Notes: generated by a model from the sequence alone, not told the origin. 63,261 nt of DNA, filler included, from Circinaria calcarea (GCA_051942165.1; 36 parts of 36 records of this genome joined end to end with filler, not necessarily neighbours in it); one strand, 5' to 3'. Positions 1 to 12,387 are shown, numbered from the whole stretch's first letter. Program-made: numbers and translations.

Positions 1-213
1 ATGGAGATGAGCAGAGTGAGCAGGGTGAGCAGGGTGTTATATATAGCAGGCTATTCCCGCTCTTTAGAATAGCATGCTTATAGACCGTGTTCAATAGACT
101 CCATACTATTGAGCCTAGGGCAACAGATCGACTACACCCTATGTAACCGTGCTATCACCAATCGGGACTTAACATATTCCTCATTAGGCCCCAAGGATTG
201 CAGCGCCCTTACA
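1..213 (+). mobile_element. 3' part of a retrotransposon LTR (same family as 57228-57543), cut by the window start
   Basis: Near-identical to 57331-57543 (8 substitutions by my count). Both copies end at CCCTTACA and then diverge. Confidence 0.85.
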
Positions 214-1276
214 ACACGTTCAACGCAGCTTTCGTATCCCAATTCTTCTCTGAATCCCGCTACACTTGAAGACGTGCCGCTAAACCAGGGCATACATCCC
301 CAAGGATATTACAACTGGACACGGATTGTTGAGTTGTACAATGCATGTACTATAACCAAGGACACAGACAGACTTATTGCGTTAGCCGGTTAGTATTTTT
401 ATATGCTGTTGTACTTTGGCCTCCAGAGAAGCTGAGTGGCCGCAATCAGGTATTGCAAAAGAGGTACAAGCTGCCAATGGCGATGAATACTGCGCTGGTA
501 TTTGGAAACAGTGGCTTCCGCAGCAACTACTTTGGTGGAGCCTATCAGTTTTATGCGACGATGACACACTCCTTCAGCCTCTCCGTCCGGGTGCATACGT
601 CGCTCCATCATGGTCATGGGCATCTACCACAGGTTCCATAGACAATGTATGGCAACCAGAGTTTGAAGATGGCAATTATCCAGTCACTATCCTGGATGTA
701 CGCATTGATGCAATCGGGGATCCAATGGGACAGATTCGAGATGGTTTCTTACGTGTTAGAGGCCGTTTGTTTCCAGTTATTATTAGGTCATCCATCGAGC
801 TGGAGGAAGGTCGCTTTACCACTACTGCTTCTCTTGAGACACTTGGCTCGAGGATTATCAATAATATGGATTTAGCCTTTGATGTCGAAGAATCCATCCT
901 TCCAGATGAGAGGCTTCATTGCTTATTGATTTATGAGCGACGATATCTCCCGCAGTTTAAGGGTATTATTCTCAAGCCCACTGGACTCAGGAGAGGTCAA
1001 TTTCGACGTGTTGGGAGATTTGACAAATTCCCTACGGAAGCTGAATCCGAGTCCTCTGATACAAATTCCCTTGATGCCGCGATCTCTGGAAGCCAGGAGA
1101 TGTCGTCAAGCCCGGCTTTAAACAAGGATTACTTCGATGAGGAAGTTGCCTTCAACTGGTCGCCTCCTTCCATGCCGGACGTGGACCTAAAGAAGCCAGA
1201 AAGCTGGTTCGAATACGAAAGCTATGACGGTATCGATGATAAAGGACTGCATCAATACACCATTGAAATCATCTAG
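214..1276 (+). pseudogene. HET-domain (heterokaryon incompatibility-type) protein, C-terminal half, with an LTR directly upstream
   Basis: Splicing intron 389-449 (GTTAGT..GCTGAG..CAG) gives W-TRIVELY-xxCTITKDTDRLIALAGIAKE...Y-CAGIW...LPQQLLWW...APSWSWAS...F-RRVG, the typical C-terminal region of fungal HET proteins. The 5' end meets the LTR with no start codon. Confidence 0.7.
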
Positions 1277-1672
1277 CTGATGGTCGACCGAAACAGAGCG
1301 AAATGTATTTACTTTTTTATTTATTATATATTATATTTCGCAGTGGGGGTTGTCTCACATTCTCTTCTTGCCTGTACCGGGCTTCTTATCAGCAGTAATG
1401 CCGATCTGTAAAGCTTGGGACTTGGAAAAACCGCTGCTGGGAGAAAAGAGGACAGGTGAGTGCGAGTAGTTAAAAAAAGAATCCGAGGTCGCATTCGTCT
1501 TTGAAAACCCAGCCTAATTCACTTTTTCAAGCTTTGAGACTCGACTCAATTGCCCGTACAGTATGGCTAAAAACTAGCCAGTTCAATGTTGAGTTGCATG
1601 TAATGTGGCATGTCATTGTTTATCTGTGTAACCAAGTAAACTCCCCTATGCTACGAAAAGTGCCTTTTAGGG

Positions 1673-1772
1673 NNNNNNNNNNNNNNNNNNNNNNNNNNNN
1701 NNNNNNNNNNNNNNNNTTAATTAATTAANNNNNNNNNNNNNNNNNNNNNNNNNNNNNNNNNNNNNNNNNNNN
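1673..1772. other. Artificial contig-joining spacer (44 N + TTAATTAATTAA + 44 N); first of 35 such spacers
   Basis: The same 100-nt spacer recurs about every 1.75 kb. The linker has stops in all six frames. Contig lengths fall from 1672 to 1643 bp. Confidence 0.98.
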
Positions 1773-1897
1773 GGTGGAAAGGAGTGGGTGGAAAGGAGTG
1801 GGTGGAAAGGAGTGGGTGGAAAGGAGTGGGTGGAAAGGAGTGGGTGGAAAGGAGTGGGTGGAAAGGAGTGGGTGGAAAGGAGTGGGTGGAAAGGAGT
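1773..1897 (+). repeat. Minisatellite (GGTGGAAAGGAGTG)x~9
   Basis: Perfect 14-bp tandem units from the contig start. Confidence 0.95.
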
Positions 1898-2205
1898 CGA
1901 GGAAGGTCTTGCCAAGGAGAGAAGTTTGTTTATTTATGGATGGATGGAATGGGCGCCATCGGTTACACTGCGAGCGAGAGTCGAGTTCAAGTTCATTCGA
2001 GCAGTAAACAGAAATTGAACGGAAAGATCGTTGATTCATTAGAGCACAGACATGAGCAAAGTGAAACAATTCTTCATCTCCAGTCTCCAACCATACCAAT
2101 GACTTCCCTCCCTCTCGTTCTTCCTAGAACACACAGACGTTTACATCGTAAGAAGCCACCCCCTATCCATATCCCCATCCTAACCCTGGGGCTACTATCG
2201 ACAGG

Positions 2206-2844
2206 CTACTCCCGATGCGTTTTCTGATGCGCAACCAGCTTGTCACGACGATAGAACCCGTTCGTCCCGTTACGGCGGCAACCCGGCTCCCAGCAGTGAA
2301 AGTCCTTCGGGCCATCTTGGTGTATCTTCATGTGACGCTCGAGGTCGGCGACACGGGTGAAGGTGCGGTTGCAGCCGGGGTGAGTGCAGGCTGTTGGTCC
2401 ATCGGCGGTTGGGGATAAGGCAGTAGCGGTCATGTTGTCCGTAAGAGACTCTGTTGTGGGAGGGGGATTGCTGGGGCCAGGTTCATGTTGGTGATGAAGC
2501 TTGCGAGCAGCGATGGTTAGGAGGTTGATGTCAATATATGGGGCAACGGAGGTATATGAATGCTCTTTCACATGTCTGTCGAGTGCTTCCTCGTCAATCA
2601 ATTGGACCTTACAATAGGGGAACAAACAGATCCAGGTTGGCCCATCGTAAGGTTCATGAGACCGGTGCGGAGCTTTAAGTATGCGGGCGTCCAAATATTT
2701 CCTATACACGGTCAGTCCACAGGCTAAAAAAAAAAACCTACCCGGCGTCAGCATTAGCGCCATCATGCACGCGATGTGCATTAGGCTGCCAGCTGAGCGC
2801 AGGAGTGATCTGTTTGTTGCTAGGGTCCATGTCGTGCGACACAA
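2206..2844 (-). CDS. C2H2 zinc-finger protein (true start and exons uncertain)
   Basis: C-LFPY-C..H-VKE-H, then C-THPG-C-NRTF-TRVADLERH-MKIH and C-WEPG-C...GFYRRDKLVAHQKTH. Confidence 0.75.
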   Translation of the reverse strand: MCRTTWTLATNRSLLRSAGSLMHIACMMALMLTPGRFFFLACGLTVYRKYLDARILKAPHRSHEPYDGPTWICLFPYCKVQLIDEEALDRHVKEHSYTSVAPYIDINLLTIAARKLHHQHEPGPSNPPPTTESLTDNMTATALSPTADGPTACTHPGCNRTFTRVADLERHMKIHQDGPKDFHCWEPGCRRNGTNGFYRRDKLVAHQKTHRE

Positions 2845-4053
2845 TGGGAGTCAAGCCCAATGCAAGGGAGCTTGACTTCTGATGGGGTTGATGAAAAAGG
2901 GGCGACCAATCAGCGTGAGGGGATATAGCCGGGTAGCGAAAATTGAGACGAAAACTTCAAAGGAACGGTCGGGGGACGACTTTCTTCTTGTGCACGTTGG
3001 AGACTGCGGCTGAGGGAAGATGTAGAGGGGCGATTGCAGGTTTGGAATGAGCCCGGCGCGTATTGGAACATACCCAGATTGACAGTGGCACCAAAAAGGG
3101 GCGACCAATTAAAACTGAGCGGGAGCTTGATAGCAAAGATGGCCACATCATGACTTTGGATACTGTGTTCCCTCATGCATTTCCTTCGTAGAAAACAAGA
3201 GACCTAGTCATAGCGAATAATGTGACCGTATATTTTATAGTGGATTGCACCGTGAACCTTAGGACATAGGGATTACCATTTGTTGTACTAGTCATGTCCA
3301 GCAAGATACTCCAACCACATCCGGATCTCACACCAAGAAAGTCCAAAAGCTCGGATACACAAACTCGTCCTCGAAGATTCTCCTCACCTGTTCTAGAACA
3401 AACTTCTCGACCTTGCCTACATTCTTCAAGACCTGCTTTCCGCNNNNNNNNNNNNNNNNNNNNNNNNNNNNNNNNNNNNNNNNNNNNTTAATTAATTAAN
3501 NNNNNNNNNNNNNNNNNNNNNNNNNNNNNNNNNNNNNNNNNNNATACTGAGCAACCGGTCCAGGGGTTCCTCCGTTCCGGAGCTAGTCTTGCCTTAGTAT
3601 GGCACGCACGCCATAACAGGAGGCAAAAGGACATCAACTTTTAAATAGCGACGAAATAAGATTTCAGAGCAGCCATAATAATACAATATAGTATATATAC
3701 AACGAGTCTGAATTGAGCGCAGGAACAATGCGAGTGCAAGAATCTAATAGTTCTTATATACAGGAGATGCAACGTGAGACACGAATAATTCCTGTACGGA
3801 GAGCAGCTGGAGGGTCAGTGCGACGACCAGTGGATAGCCGCCGAGAACCTGACATCGGCAATGCCGCTAGCGCGCTTATTTTCTCTAGAATAGCTTTATT
3901 TCCCAAAACAAGCAGAGGAAGCGCGTAAAGGATCTAGTGCCTAGAGAGCACGTATACTAATATAATTATTAACGCCTTCATGCATTAAGGGAGCCACAGA
4001 AGAATTCTCATTGCTTTCCAAAAGATTCTTCTCCACTCCCCCCAGCCACCACA

Positions 4054-5213
4054 ATGCCCCTCGATGAAGCCACCCCTTACGACAACACCCCCACATCAGA
4101 CACCGACCCATACGCCTTTCCAAACCCCGATTCCCCTCCACCCGCCAAGATCAATATCAACCTCAGCGAACTCCCTCGACCTAACCCCATTATTGGGGGC
4201 CTTTTTGGCTACACGGACCAAAGGCTCATAAACTTAATCCACCGACGCGTCTCGCATATGGCCAAAAACCTTCAGCGTAATCCGACCACAGACGAAGCAA
4301 CAGCTATAGCGTATTGGACTGCCAAGAGACTGGCGATCGCGAGCTGGGGAAAACCTCTCGGCTTAGCGGCGGGGCTATACAGAGCCTATGCGACGAGAGG
4401 CACATTCCGATTTCCCTTCGTCGCGCCCAATCCGGAGACGTTCCAGCCGAACTGGGTAGGGATTGGGGGGCTCGAGCTATTACGGGGGCACGCTGCAAGA
4501 TCATTCTGGCATGCGGCTAGGGGGACATCATACGGATATCTAGGGATGTATGCTGGGTACCTCATCGTTGCGGGTTATTCGACTACGGTAGCAGTGGTTG
4601 GGGAAATACTGGATCCGAGGCTGAAGGAGCACACGGAGATTATGAAAACGACGAAGCCATCCGAGTTGGAGAAGAGGAGGTTGGATGGGGTAGCGAATTC
4701 GACAGGCCAGGGGCAGAAGACAGCGAGTGAGCTTTTGAAGGAACATAGAGAGAGTCTAGGGGCAACGCAGGCAGATGATGCGAGTCCTAGCGCTGGAGGA
4801 GATTACTCATATATGGAGGGATTAAGTGACGGGGAATTCTTATCAAGAAACGACAGCGGCCTTATGAGTGACGAACAACGAGAGGCACAGGAAATAAGAC
4901 AACAGGCGAGCCCGCAAAAATCCCGCACTTCAAGTAGAGCATCAACGTTCGACATCGACAAAGTCGAAAAGCAACCCAGGTCCTTCGACGGAGATTTCGA
5001 CGATGCTCGTACCACTGCCGAAAATCCATCATCTAATTCCAGTTCCGGTGGAGGAGGCGCATGGGAGCGGATACGAAGCCAAGCCAGCTCAGCACCCTCT
5101 ACAGAGTCAAGATCAAGAAGGCGTCCCGGCCAGATGTCGCCAGTGCAGCAGGAACAGCAAGATGGCTCCACAACCGGAGATAGTTTTGCCTTCTCGAGCT
5201 CGGAACAGGACAA
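4054..5213 (+). CDS. Conserved fungal hypothetical protein with two hydrophobic Gly/Ala-rich segments and an acidic disordered tail (3' truncated)
   Basis: Intronless ORF of about 385 aa with good start context. Contains R-P-T-xDE, FRFPF and AWERIR motifs. Confidence 0.75.
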
Positions 5214-5315
5214 NNNNNNNNNNNNNNNNNNNNNNNNNNNNNNNNNNNNNNNNNNNNTTAATTAATTAANNNNNNNNNNNNNNNNNNNNNNNNNNNNNNN
5301 NNNNNNNNNNNNNCA

Positions 5316-6017
5316 GGGAGAAGACGACTCGTATGATTTCGGTACTGGCGCAGGCTTTTACGTCGACGCAACAAAAGAGCCATGGTCCAAAGGTTACAAC
5401 ATGTATAGCTACATCACAGAGGAGCTACCGAAGGCGTTGTTCTCCTCATTCGAGCAGTTGGACTCCAGCCGGGTTAGCATCACAGGACACAGCATGGGTG
5501 GGCATGGAGCGTTGACGATGGTACGTCTCTGAAATTACAGGGAAAGAGGAGAAGCTGAAATGAACGGGCCGTCGAAATAGTTTTTGAAGAATCCCGGAAA
5601 ATACAAGTCCGTGTCGGCATTCGCACCCATTGCAAACCCGGTAAACTGCCCGTGGGGACAAAAGGCATTCCGAGGCTACTTTGGGGAAGACCAGCAGGAG
5701 AAGTGGAATGAGCACGATGCAACTGAGCTGGTGAAGAAGTACAAGGGTCCCCTGGATTTGCTGATTGACATTGTACGTTTCGCGTGCGCTGGTGCAAAAC
5801 GCAAATCATCTGTTAACAACTTTTCCAGGGAACATCAGACAATTTTTACAAGCAGGGTCAATTGTTACCGGAGAACTTTGTCGAAGCAGCGAAAGAGGCA
5901 GGCAACGATAAAAATTTGACAATCAGATATCAGCCGGACCATGATCATAGTTATTTCACAATATCAACCTTTGCGGATGATCATGTAGAGCATGCTGCAA
6001 AGCATCTCTTCGATTAG
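5316..6017 (+). CDS. S-formylglutathione hydrolase (esterase D), 5' truncated; introns 5521-5580 and 5773-5828
   Basis: [23 protein letters not shown] nucleophile motif, [34 protein letters not shown]. Confidence 0.95.
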
Positions 6018-7083
6018 CAAGCTTTTGATAGGGGGAAGATCATGGGACACGAGCTTATCAGACCTAAACTAATCCTAAAAAGCGGCAAATGCTATAATAT
6101 AATGTGTATGTACTATTTGGATAAATATGGGATTCAATGACTGTGTATATATCGACAAAGGCTCACTATATTAGACTTAAAAATATTCAAGGAACTCCCT
6201 TAAACCGAGAGGAAGCTCTCCCAGGCGAACTTCCAACCCTACTCTCGTTTATTGAACCAGCGCTAAAGTTCTCTCTTTCCTATTGCATCTTTTTCCTGTC
6301 CAATTTTTTCTTTCCTGTCCACCAAACATGAACTTTCTGGCGCCAGAGGTAATTTACCAAACACAAAGACCTTTGCCCCAAGACATCTTTCCAACCGACT
6401 TTTCGATAAGCCCAGCATGAACCAGCATAAAGCAGGGGACGAAAAGCCTCCCCCGTGCATACCTCTAGAACAACCAGCACCGGGGGAGAAAGACCTACCC
6501 GCTCTCCGACCTCCACACCCGTCTTCGGCAGTCCCCTCGGCCCCCTCCCTCGACTCTGTATCCGACCGCTTACAGCCCGGACTGGGTAAACTACATCCTC
6601 CTTCGGCCACCCGCTCCCCCCCCCCAACTACTCGACCAGCCGGAAGACCTTCGCGGACAGGGACTTGGGACCTCTTGCCTGGAGGGTGAGTCTTCCGTTT
6701 CGCGTAGTACGGCATTGAATACCGGAACTGCACAAGCGAGCAACTACGAGCACCTCTTGCCCCTTCTTCACCATCAGCACCAGTTGCATTCGACGGAACG
6801 CAAAATCTTCCCGGCCCCGAAGGGCTGGTACCGGCGTCCAAAAAAACCGTCTTCCTACCTCGAATTCCGACAGCGAGTCGCATGAGTAGGAGCAGAAGCA
6901 GTGGCAGCGGCAGAAGCAAGGCGGAGAGGGCGAGGGCGAGGGCGACTGGGAGTTATGCGGCCGCGTCGGTCGGGCTAATAGTNNNNNNNNNNNNNNNNNN
7001 NNNNNNNNNNNNNNNNNNNNNNNNNNTTAATTAATTAANNNNNNNNNNNNNNNNNNNNNNNNNNNNNNNNNNNNNNNNNNNNT

Positions 7084-7524
7084 CTACAACAACAGAGCTT
7101 TGCCGACTTCCACAAGTCCCGGGGAATCCACATCACCCAGTACTCGCCGTTTGGAAACCAAAACGAAATCTACGACAGCGGGAAGAACATGGGCAAACTC
7201 ATCGATGATCCGGTTCTCGCCGAGATCGGGCAAAAGTATGGCAAAAGTGGCGCGCAGGTGGCGTTGGCCTGGGGGATTGCCCACGGGAGAAGTGTTATCC
7301 CTAAGAGCAAAACGCCTTCTCGGATAAAGGCGAACTTGGAAGGGGATTTCCAGCTCGAGGTGGCAGACTTGGAGAAGATTGCTGGTATTGATAAGAAGTT
7401 GCGGTTCAATGATCCATCGAGTTCTTTCCAATGGTAGGTCCATATATTTTGGCGCTTGATTGCTCTTCAGACGTACTTATATGGAAATAGGAACCTTTTC
7501 GCCGATCTTGACGGTAAGCAATAG
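7084..7524 (+). CDS. Aldo-keto reductase (NADP-dependent glycerol dehydrogenase-like), C-terminal part; intron 7434-7490
   Basis: ITQYSPFGN, AQVALAWG, SVIPKS, RIKANL, LRFNDPS. Confidence 0.92.
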
Positions 7525-8681
7525 AACGGCCGAAGAGCCCGTCCAAGGGAGGATTGGTTTATTTCATGTGCTCTGATTGCGTCGACGGCTGGCGACTCCT
7601 TGATAGAGATTTACAGTGGTTCTGAGTTGTTTCCGGTGAGGCCTTCTTAGATAAAGAGCCTATCAAAGGCGCCCGAGAGCTGTAATAGATTGCAGGATCC
7701 TCGGAACCCCCGCTGGCAAGCCATTACTCGCTGGTCCCTTGGCGTTGGTTCTTGTCCTTGTCGAGACACCGTAATGTGCAAATTTCGTAAATCAATTGCA
7801 GTTGCATAGGCTTGTACCATCTGAGAAAACTTATCCCTTGAGGCTGTTTCTGTTTCTGGAGACTAATTACAGGAGTGGCAGTCCCGGCTTCCTTGCTAGA
7901 CGGCTATCCCTAAAGTCAACAGTCGGACACATGACGCCAAAGCTTTTAAAATAAAAAGAGGGAACCCAACTGAAGCTGCAACTACAAATCATCGGTACAG
8001 TCCCGAGAATAGCTGGGATGATTCGATACTGGACTATCCTGGTGGACTTGGACAACGAGTGAAGTGCAGAGAGGCGGAAGCGACTGAGTATCTTGAAAGC
8101 TCTTTGTTTCAGAAAAACGCACGAGAACCTCTCATCGGAGCAGAACTATGCCTTTTTTTGGGTTGTACGAGAAGAAATCTTAATCTGCTCGGGCACAAGG
8201 TGTATAAAAAATCATTTCAGTCCCGAGTTCAGAAGATGCAGTATTCTCCTGACTTAGGTATCAGGCCCCCATGGCAGAAAAGATGATATGGGCAACAATG
8301 AGTTATGAATTTTACAAAAACCTTATCTATCTGCTTCTGATCTACCTAACTCCAAGAGAAGGGGGTGATGTGTATCTGTCACCCGTCGTGAAGGGGGGTT
8401 TACAGTGGTAATTTTCCCCTCGTGTAGGAAGAGAATTAGTTCCTAGGTAGACAAGTGTTCCGTATACCATGTTCCCGGCACTATTCTGGCGTATCTCATG
8501 AACACTCCCCTTAACCCAAGCTTCACCAATTCACGCCTGAAGGACCCTCAAGACTAAAGACTCGTCACAAAACTTAACTCAGGTCCCCCATTTCCTCGAA
8601 CAGTTAGTTCAACCACCGAGCCCAGAGTCCAGGTCCAGCGTTTTGAACAATATCACGCCCACCCCATCCTACTCCACCCCA

Positions 8682-8746
8682 CCCTTGACTACGGAGTGAG
8701 TACCTCTCCTCCCAGGGAGGAGAGGTACTCACTCCGTAGTCAAGGG
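8682..8746. repeat. Perfect inverted repeat, 32-bp arms with a 1-nt spacer
   Basis: CCCTTGACTACGGAGTGAGTACCTCTCCTCCC-A-GGGAGGAGAGGTACTCACTCCGTAGTCAAGGG. Confidence 0.97.
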
Positions 8747-9514
8747 CTGTCNNNNNNNNNNNNNNNNNNNNNNNNNNNNNNNNNNNNNNNNNNNNTTAAT
8801 TAATTAANNNNNNNNNNNNNNNNNNNNNNNNNNNNNNNNNNNNNNNNNNNNGAATGAGGGGGGGGGAGGAAGGGATTAGAAAATCGAAAAAGGAAGGAGG
8901 AGGACAAAAGGAGCGAGGGCGGAGGGCTAACTTGACTAAACCTGCCGAGGAGGAATTCCTGCTAGAAAAGACTACTATTACTACTAATACTACTACGAAT
9001 TGCCAAAACACATGGAAGGAAATGGGCAGGAGTTTTCAGAAGCCGTTCAGACTCGACTATCCGTTACTATGTTGAGGAGAGAATACGGGACAATGGAAAT
9101 GGACATGGAAGGGCGCGAGCTCCTTCGATAACCCGCACGCGCAGCCTCGGAAAAGGATGAAAATTGTCTCGCTTTGTATGGCCATGGTGAGATATACGTA
9201 TCCAATCAATAGTGTTTAGTACATCTGTAATGGCCACTCGAGACCTGGTTCCTAATAGTTGAACACCGTTTTATTTCCGTTTCGACTTATCCATGCAAAG
9301 GAGTTCAACTCTTACTCTGAGATCTTAAAGGCTGGTCTTGGTTTTGATATCCTAATGGTCGTCTGCTCTTCCTATCGAGTCATCTACACTTTATCTCCAA
9401 GTAAGTCTCCCAGGGACCAACGAGTCGGTGGTTGTCTGTGGCTGTAAAAACCTGACATATCTGGCCAATGCAAATAAGTACAGGCTGTAACCAATCTCCA
9501 ACATATGGCTTAGT

Positions 9515-10518
9515 TTAACTTTTAGCTTGATCCAAAGTCCATAATCTGCAACTTGCCGTGAACAACTCCTTGGTCGATCCATGATGATTCAAGCAGGAGT
9601 CTTGCTTTTGAGTTTCAAAGCTCTGCATCACGCCCTGAAACTGCCACGTTCTACCAATCGGATTCTCGAGCCAACTATATCTTTGTCTATCTTCCTTCCA
9701 ACAGCGTAGGCATATACCAATTCGGAGCATGGACTGAACATACTCTAGAGCAGGTATGAATCTGGTACGGAGACCACAGTGTATGTGATTCTTATCGATT
9801 TGGTATTCGGGACATTGCCGTAAACTTCCAATCAGTTCTCCTATGACGCCTGTATAGGGGGCCGGTTCCTGGTAATCGACAATATTACTTTGCAAGATCA
9901 AAGTGCCTTGTCGAGTAAAGAAGCGTATCATCTCGCCTAATTGGAAAGAGTCACATTGTGGCGAGGAGTCGTAACCCAACTTACACTGTCGCTGCTTTGA
10001 CGAGTAAAGTTGGAGGAAATGGCTCTGTAGAGAATTGATCGTTGCTAGGATACATTCACGGCGATACGCGAGTTCCTCTACAGAGGATCAGCACTGTCGC
10101 ATATACAATGATTCAGAGCACTCCTACCTTCTAGGCCACCTGGAAGGTACCACCATAGAGGTTCGTCATTGTCAGTTGGATCCAAGTCGCTAGCCGTCCA
10201 TTTTTCGGAACCTATAAGGATTAAATGATTGCTGCAACGAGTTAACCAGTCATCAAAGCCCAGGAGCAGTCCAACTAGCAACTTCTGTCTAACGGGTTCT
10301 TCCTTGGTGGATAAGGAGAGAGGGGCTTTTATGTCCTTGATATATGGTGCGATGGCTTCAGCTGCGCCAAACCTGTCCGCTACTACGGCAAGAAGAGCCA
10401 GTGGAGTGGCACCTGAGACGCTGTGGGGACGACCATTGGGAAGGTGCAGAATCTTGAAAAAATATGTGAGGATAAATTCGTTGGAGACGCCTTTCGGAAA
10501 CTGGCCGACGTCTGCGAT
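9515..10518 (-). CDS. Conserved fungal hypothetical protein (BTB-like region, 5' truncated); intron 10078-10127
   Basis: Spliced frame reads FFKILH...LAVVADRF...RQKLLVGLLL...WWYLPGGLEEELAYRRECIL..QCKLGYDSSPQCDSFQLGEMIRFF..CPEYQIDKNHIHCGLRTR. Confidence 0.8.
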
Positions 10519-10619
10519 ANNNNNNNNNNNNNNNNNNNNNNNNNNNNNNNNNNNNNNNNNNNNTTAATTAATTAANNNNNNNNNNNNNNNNNNNNNNNNN
10601 NNNNNNNNNNNNNNNNNNN

Positions 10620-11032
10620 CCCTCCCACCGTACTAGCCCCACTTTGAACACCAAATACCCTTTCCTCCCTCCCAACTGCGAATCCAGCACCATCTCCCGC
10701 CTCCGTACGCTCGCCGTCACCCCCAGCATCAAGCTGTCCACAAAGCCCGCCCAACTGCCCGTGCACGGCAGCAGTTGCACGCTCTGTCCCACGCCCAGCA
10801 CTGGCGTCGTGCCTTGGTATCCCATGACGGGCAGCTCGAATGTCGGGTCGTGGAGCACAATCTGCACGCGGAATAAGGCCTGCCGCTGCGCGGACTCGGC
10901 GGGGAAACTGGAGGGGATGGCGATATCGCGTTGGGTGGCATCGGGGTCAGTGGGGTTTCCTTCCCAGGCTTCGCGGCAAAAGACTCCCCAGGTTCCCTGA
11001 TCTCGGAATTCAATCGGGATCCTGACCGACAT
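10620..11032 (-). CDS. Hypothetical protein, no recognised family (open to the contig end)
   Basis: AAACC-ATG start context, GC-rich codons, TATAAAAA on the minus strand about 155 bp upstream (11186-11193). Confidence 0.5.
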
Positions 11033-11682
11033 GGTTTTCTTTTTTTCGCAAGGGGGAAGGAAGTTCGACCACGAGAGATCGATGGACTAGGATACTTGTC
11101 AGAATAGAGGGATTGGGGGGAACCGATACCGGTAGGTTGACGAATAAACTATTTTTAAACACCTTTTTGAACGTCAGACTGCCCGTTTTTATACCGAAAG
11201 CCATCTCATCGCTACCTGAACCATGCACCCCTATCTCTCCATTCAAAGAATGCCATAAAAAGTCCACAACCAAGGTGGATGCCCGGATGCCTGCTTGCAG
11301 CATAACATCCTCTTTCTCTCTCTCATTCATCAAAAAAGTAAGCAGGCAAGCGGGCAATCAAACGCACCTGCAACCCGCAACGCCACACCGGACAAATGGA
11401 CGCAACACCAGCAACCACGGCCTAAAAGCTCTATAAGTCCCACAAAGAAAATGAAAAAAAGAAAACCCTCCAGAAAATGCCAAAGAAGCAAAAGTGGTCT
11501 GGCTTCCCCATCCCCGTCCCGGTCCGGTCCCGATCCCGTTTTCGGTACCCCCTTCAACCATATGCAACCTCCCTCCCCCGTCGCCCAATGGTAGGAACCT
11601 CCCACTTTTGCCTTTCCCGAGAATACGCTTACACCTAACCCCCCCCTACTCCCTAACCCCTTAAACCCTAATACCGAGAAAT

Positions 11683-12275
11683 AGAACGAACGAAACGAAC
11701 GAAACGAACGAACGAAACGAAATGCCACGGCCACGGCCACGGCCACGGGTTCTGGGGTGTGGACGGTGGAATTTATAAGAAAAGAAAACAAAAGAAAAGA
11801 TAACAAAAGAGGAAGGTTAGAAGGACAGAGAAATAGAGTATACAGGATCTTTGGTTGATTAGGTAGGTTAGGGGGAGTGGTTTATTTTCAGCAAAAGAGA
11901 TAGGGAGGGCGGAAGATAAGATAAGATAGCTCCCTCCGGGAGTTATGCCAAATCCTAAATTAGCAATTATTTTTGGGATTTGGATTTGGATTTGGATTTC
12001 GATTTGGATCGTCAAGAGAACCTTATACCAATACCCAATACCCAGTACCAATGTCTACCTACAGGTGGGATGGGATACCGATCTTATTTTTCGGGGGAAT
12101 CTTTTGGAAAAGCAAGCTTAGTCAAGGTGTGAAAATCATGTCCGATACTCTGTATAGTCACCCTTTCGATCCCCAAAAATTCTAGAATATTCTACACCAT
12201 TCACGCCCGCGCCCCCCTTATCCAGTATCCACTCCCGTCGAACTCCCACTCCCACTCCCACTCCCACTCCCACTC
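11683..12275. repeat. Cluster of microsatellites: (GAAC/GAAAC)n, (GCCACG)4, (GGATTT)n, (ACTCCC)n
   Basis: Direct inspection. Confidence 0.8.
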
Positions 12276-12387
12276 GCCTCACTAGCCNNNNNNNNNNNNN
12301 NNNNNNNNNNNNNNNNNNNNNNNNNNNNNNNTTAATTAATTAANNNNNNNNNNNNNNNNNNNNNNNNNNNNNNNNNNNNNNNNNNNN

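Noticed and set aside
1717..1728. Regularly spaced TTAATTAATTAA as a CRISPR-like or biological repeat
   Set aside because: Always embedded in fixed N runs; it is a synthetic six-frame stop linker.
1773..1897. Telomeric repeat or repetitive peptide (ERSGWKGVGGKEWV)
   Set aside because: Not TTAGGG-like, the G-rich strand has the wrong orientation for a left chromosome end, and the ORFs arise from the repeat.
6417..6689. Pro-rich first-exon candidates (also 22696-22888 and 31658-31711) and minus-strand ORF 30826-31137
   Set aside because: Plausible gene fragments, but too short or featureless to support a call.
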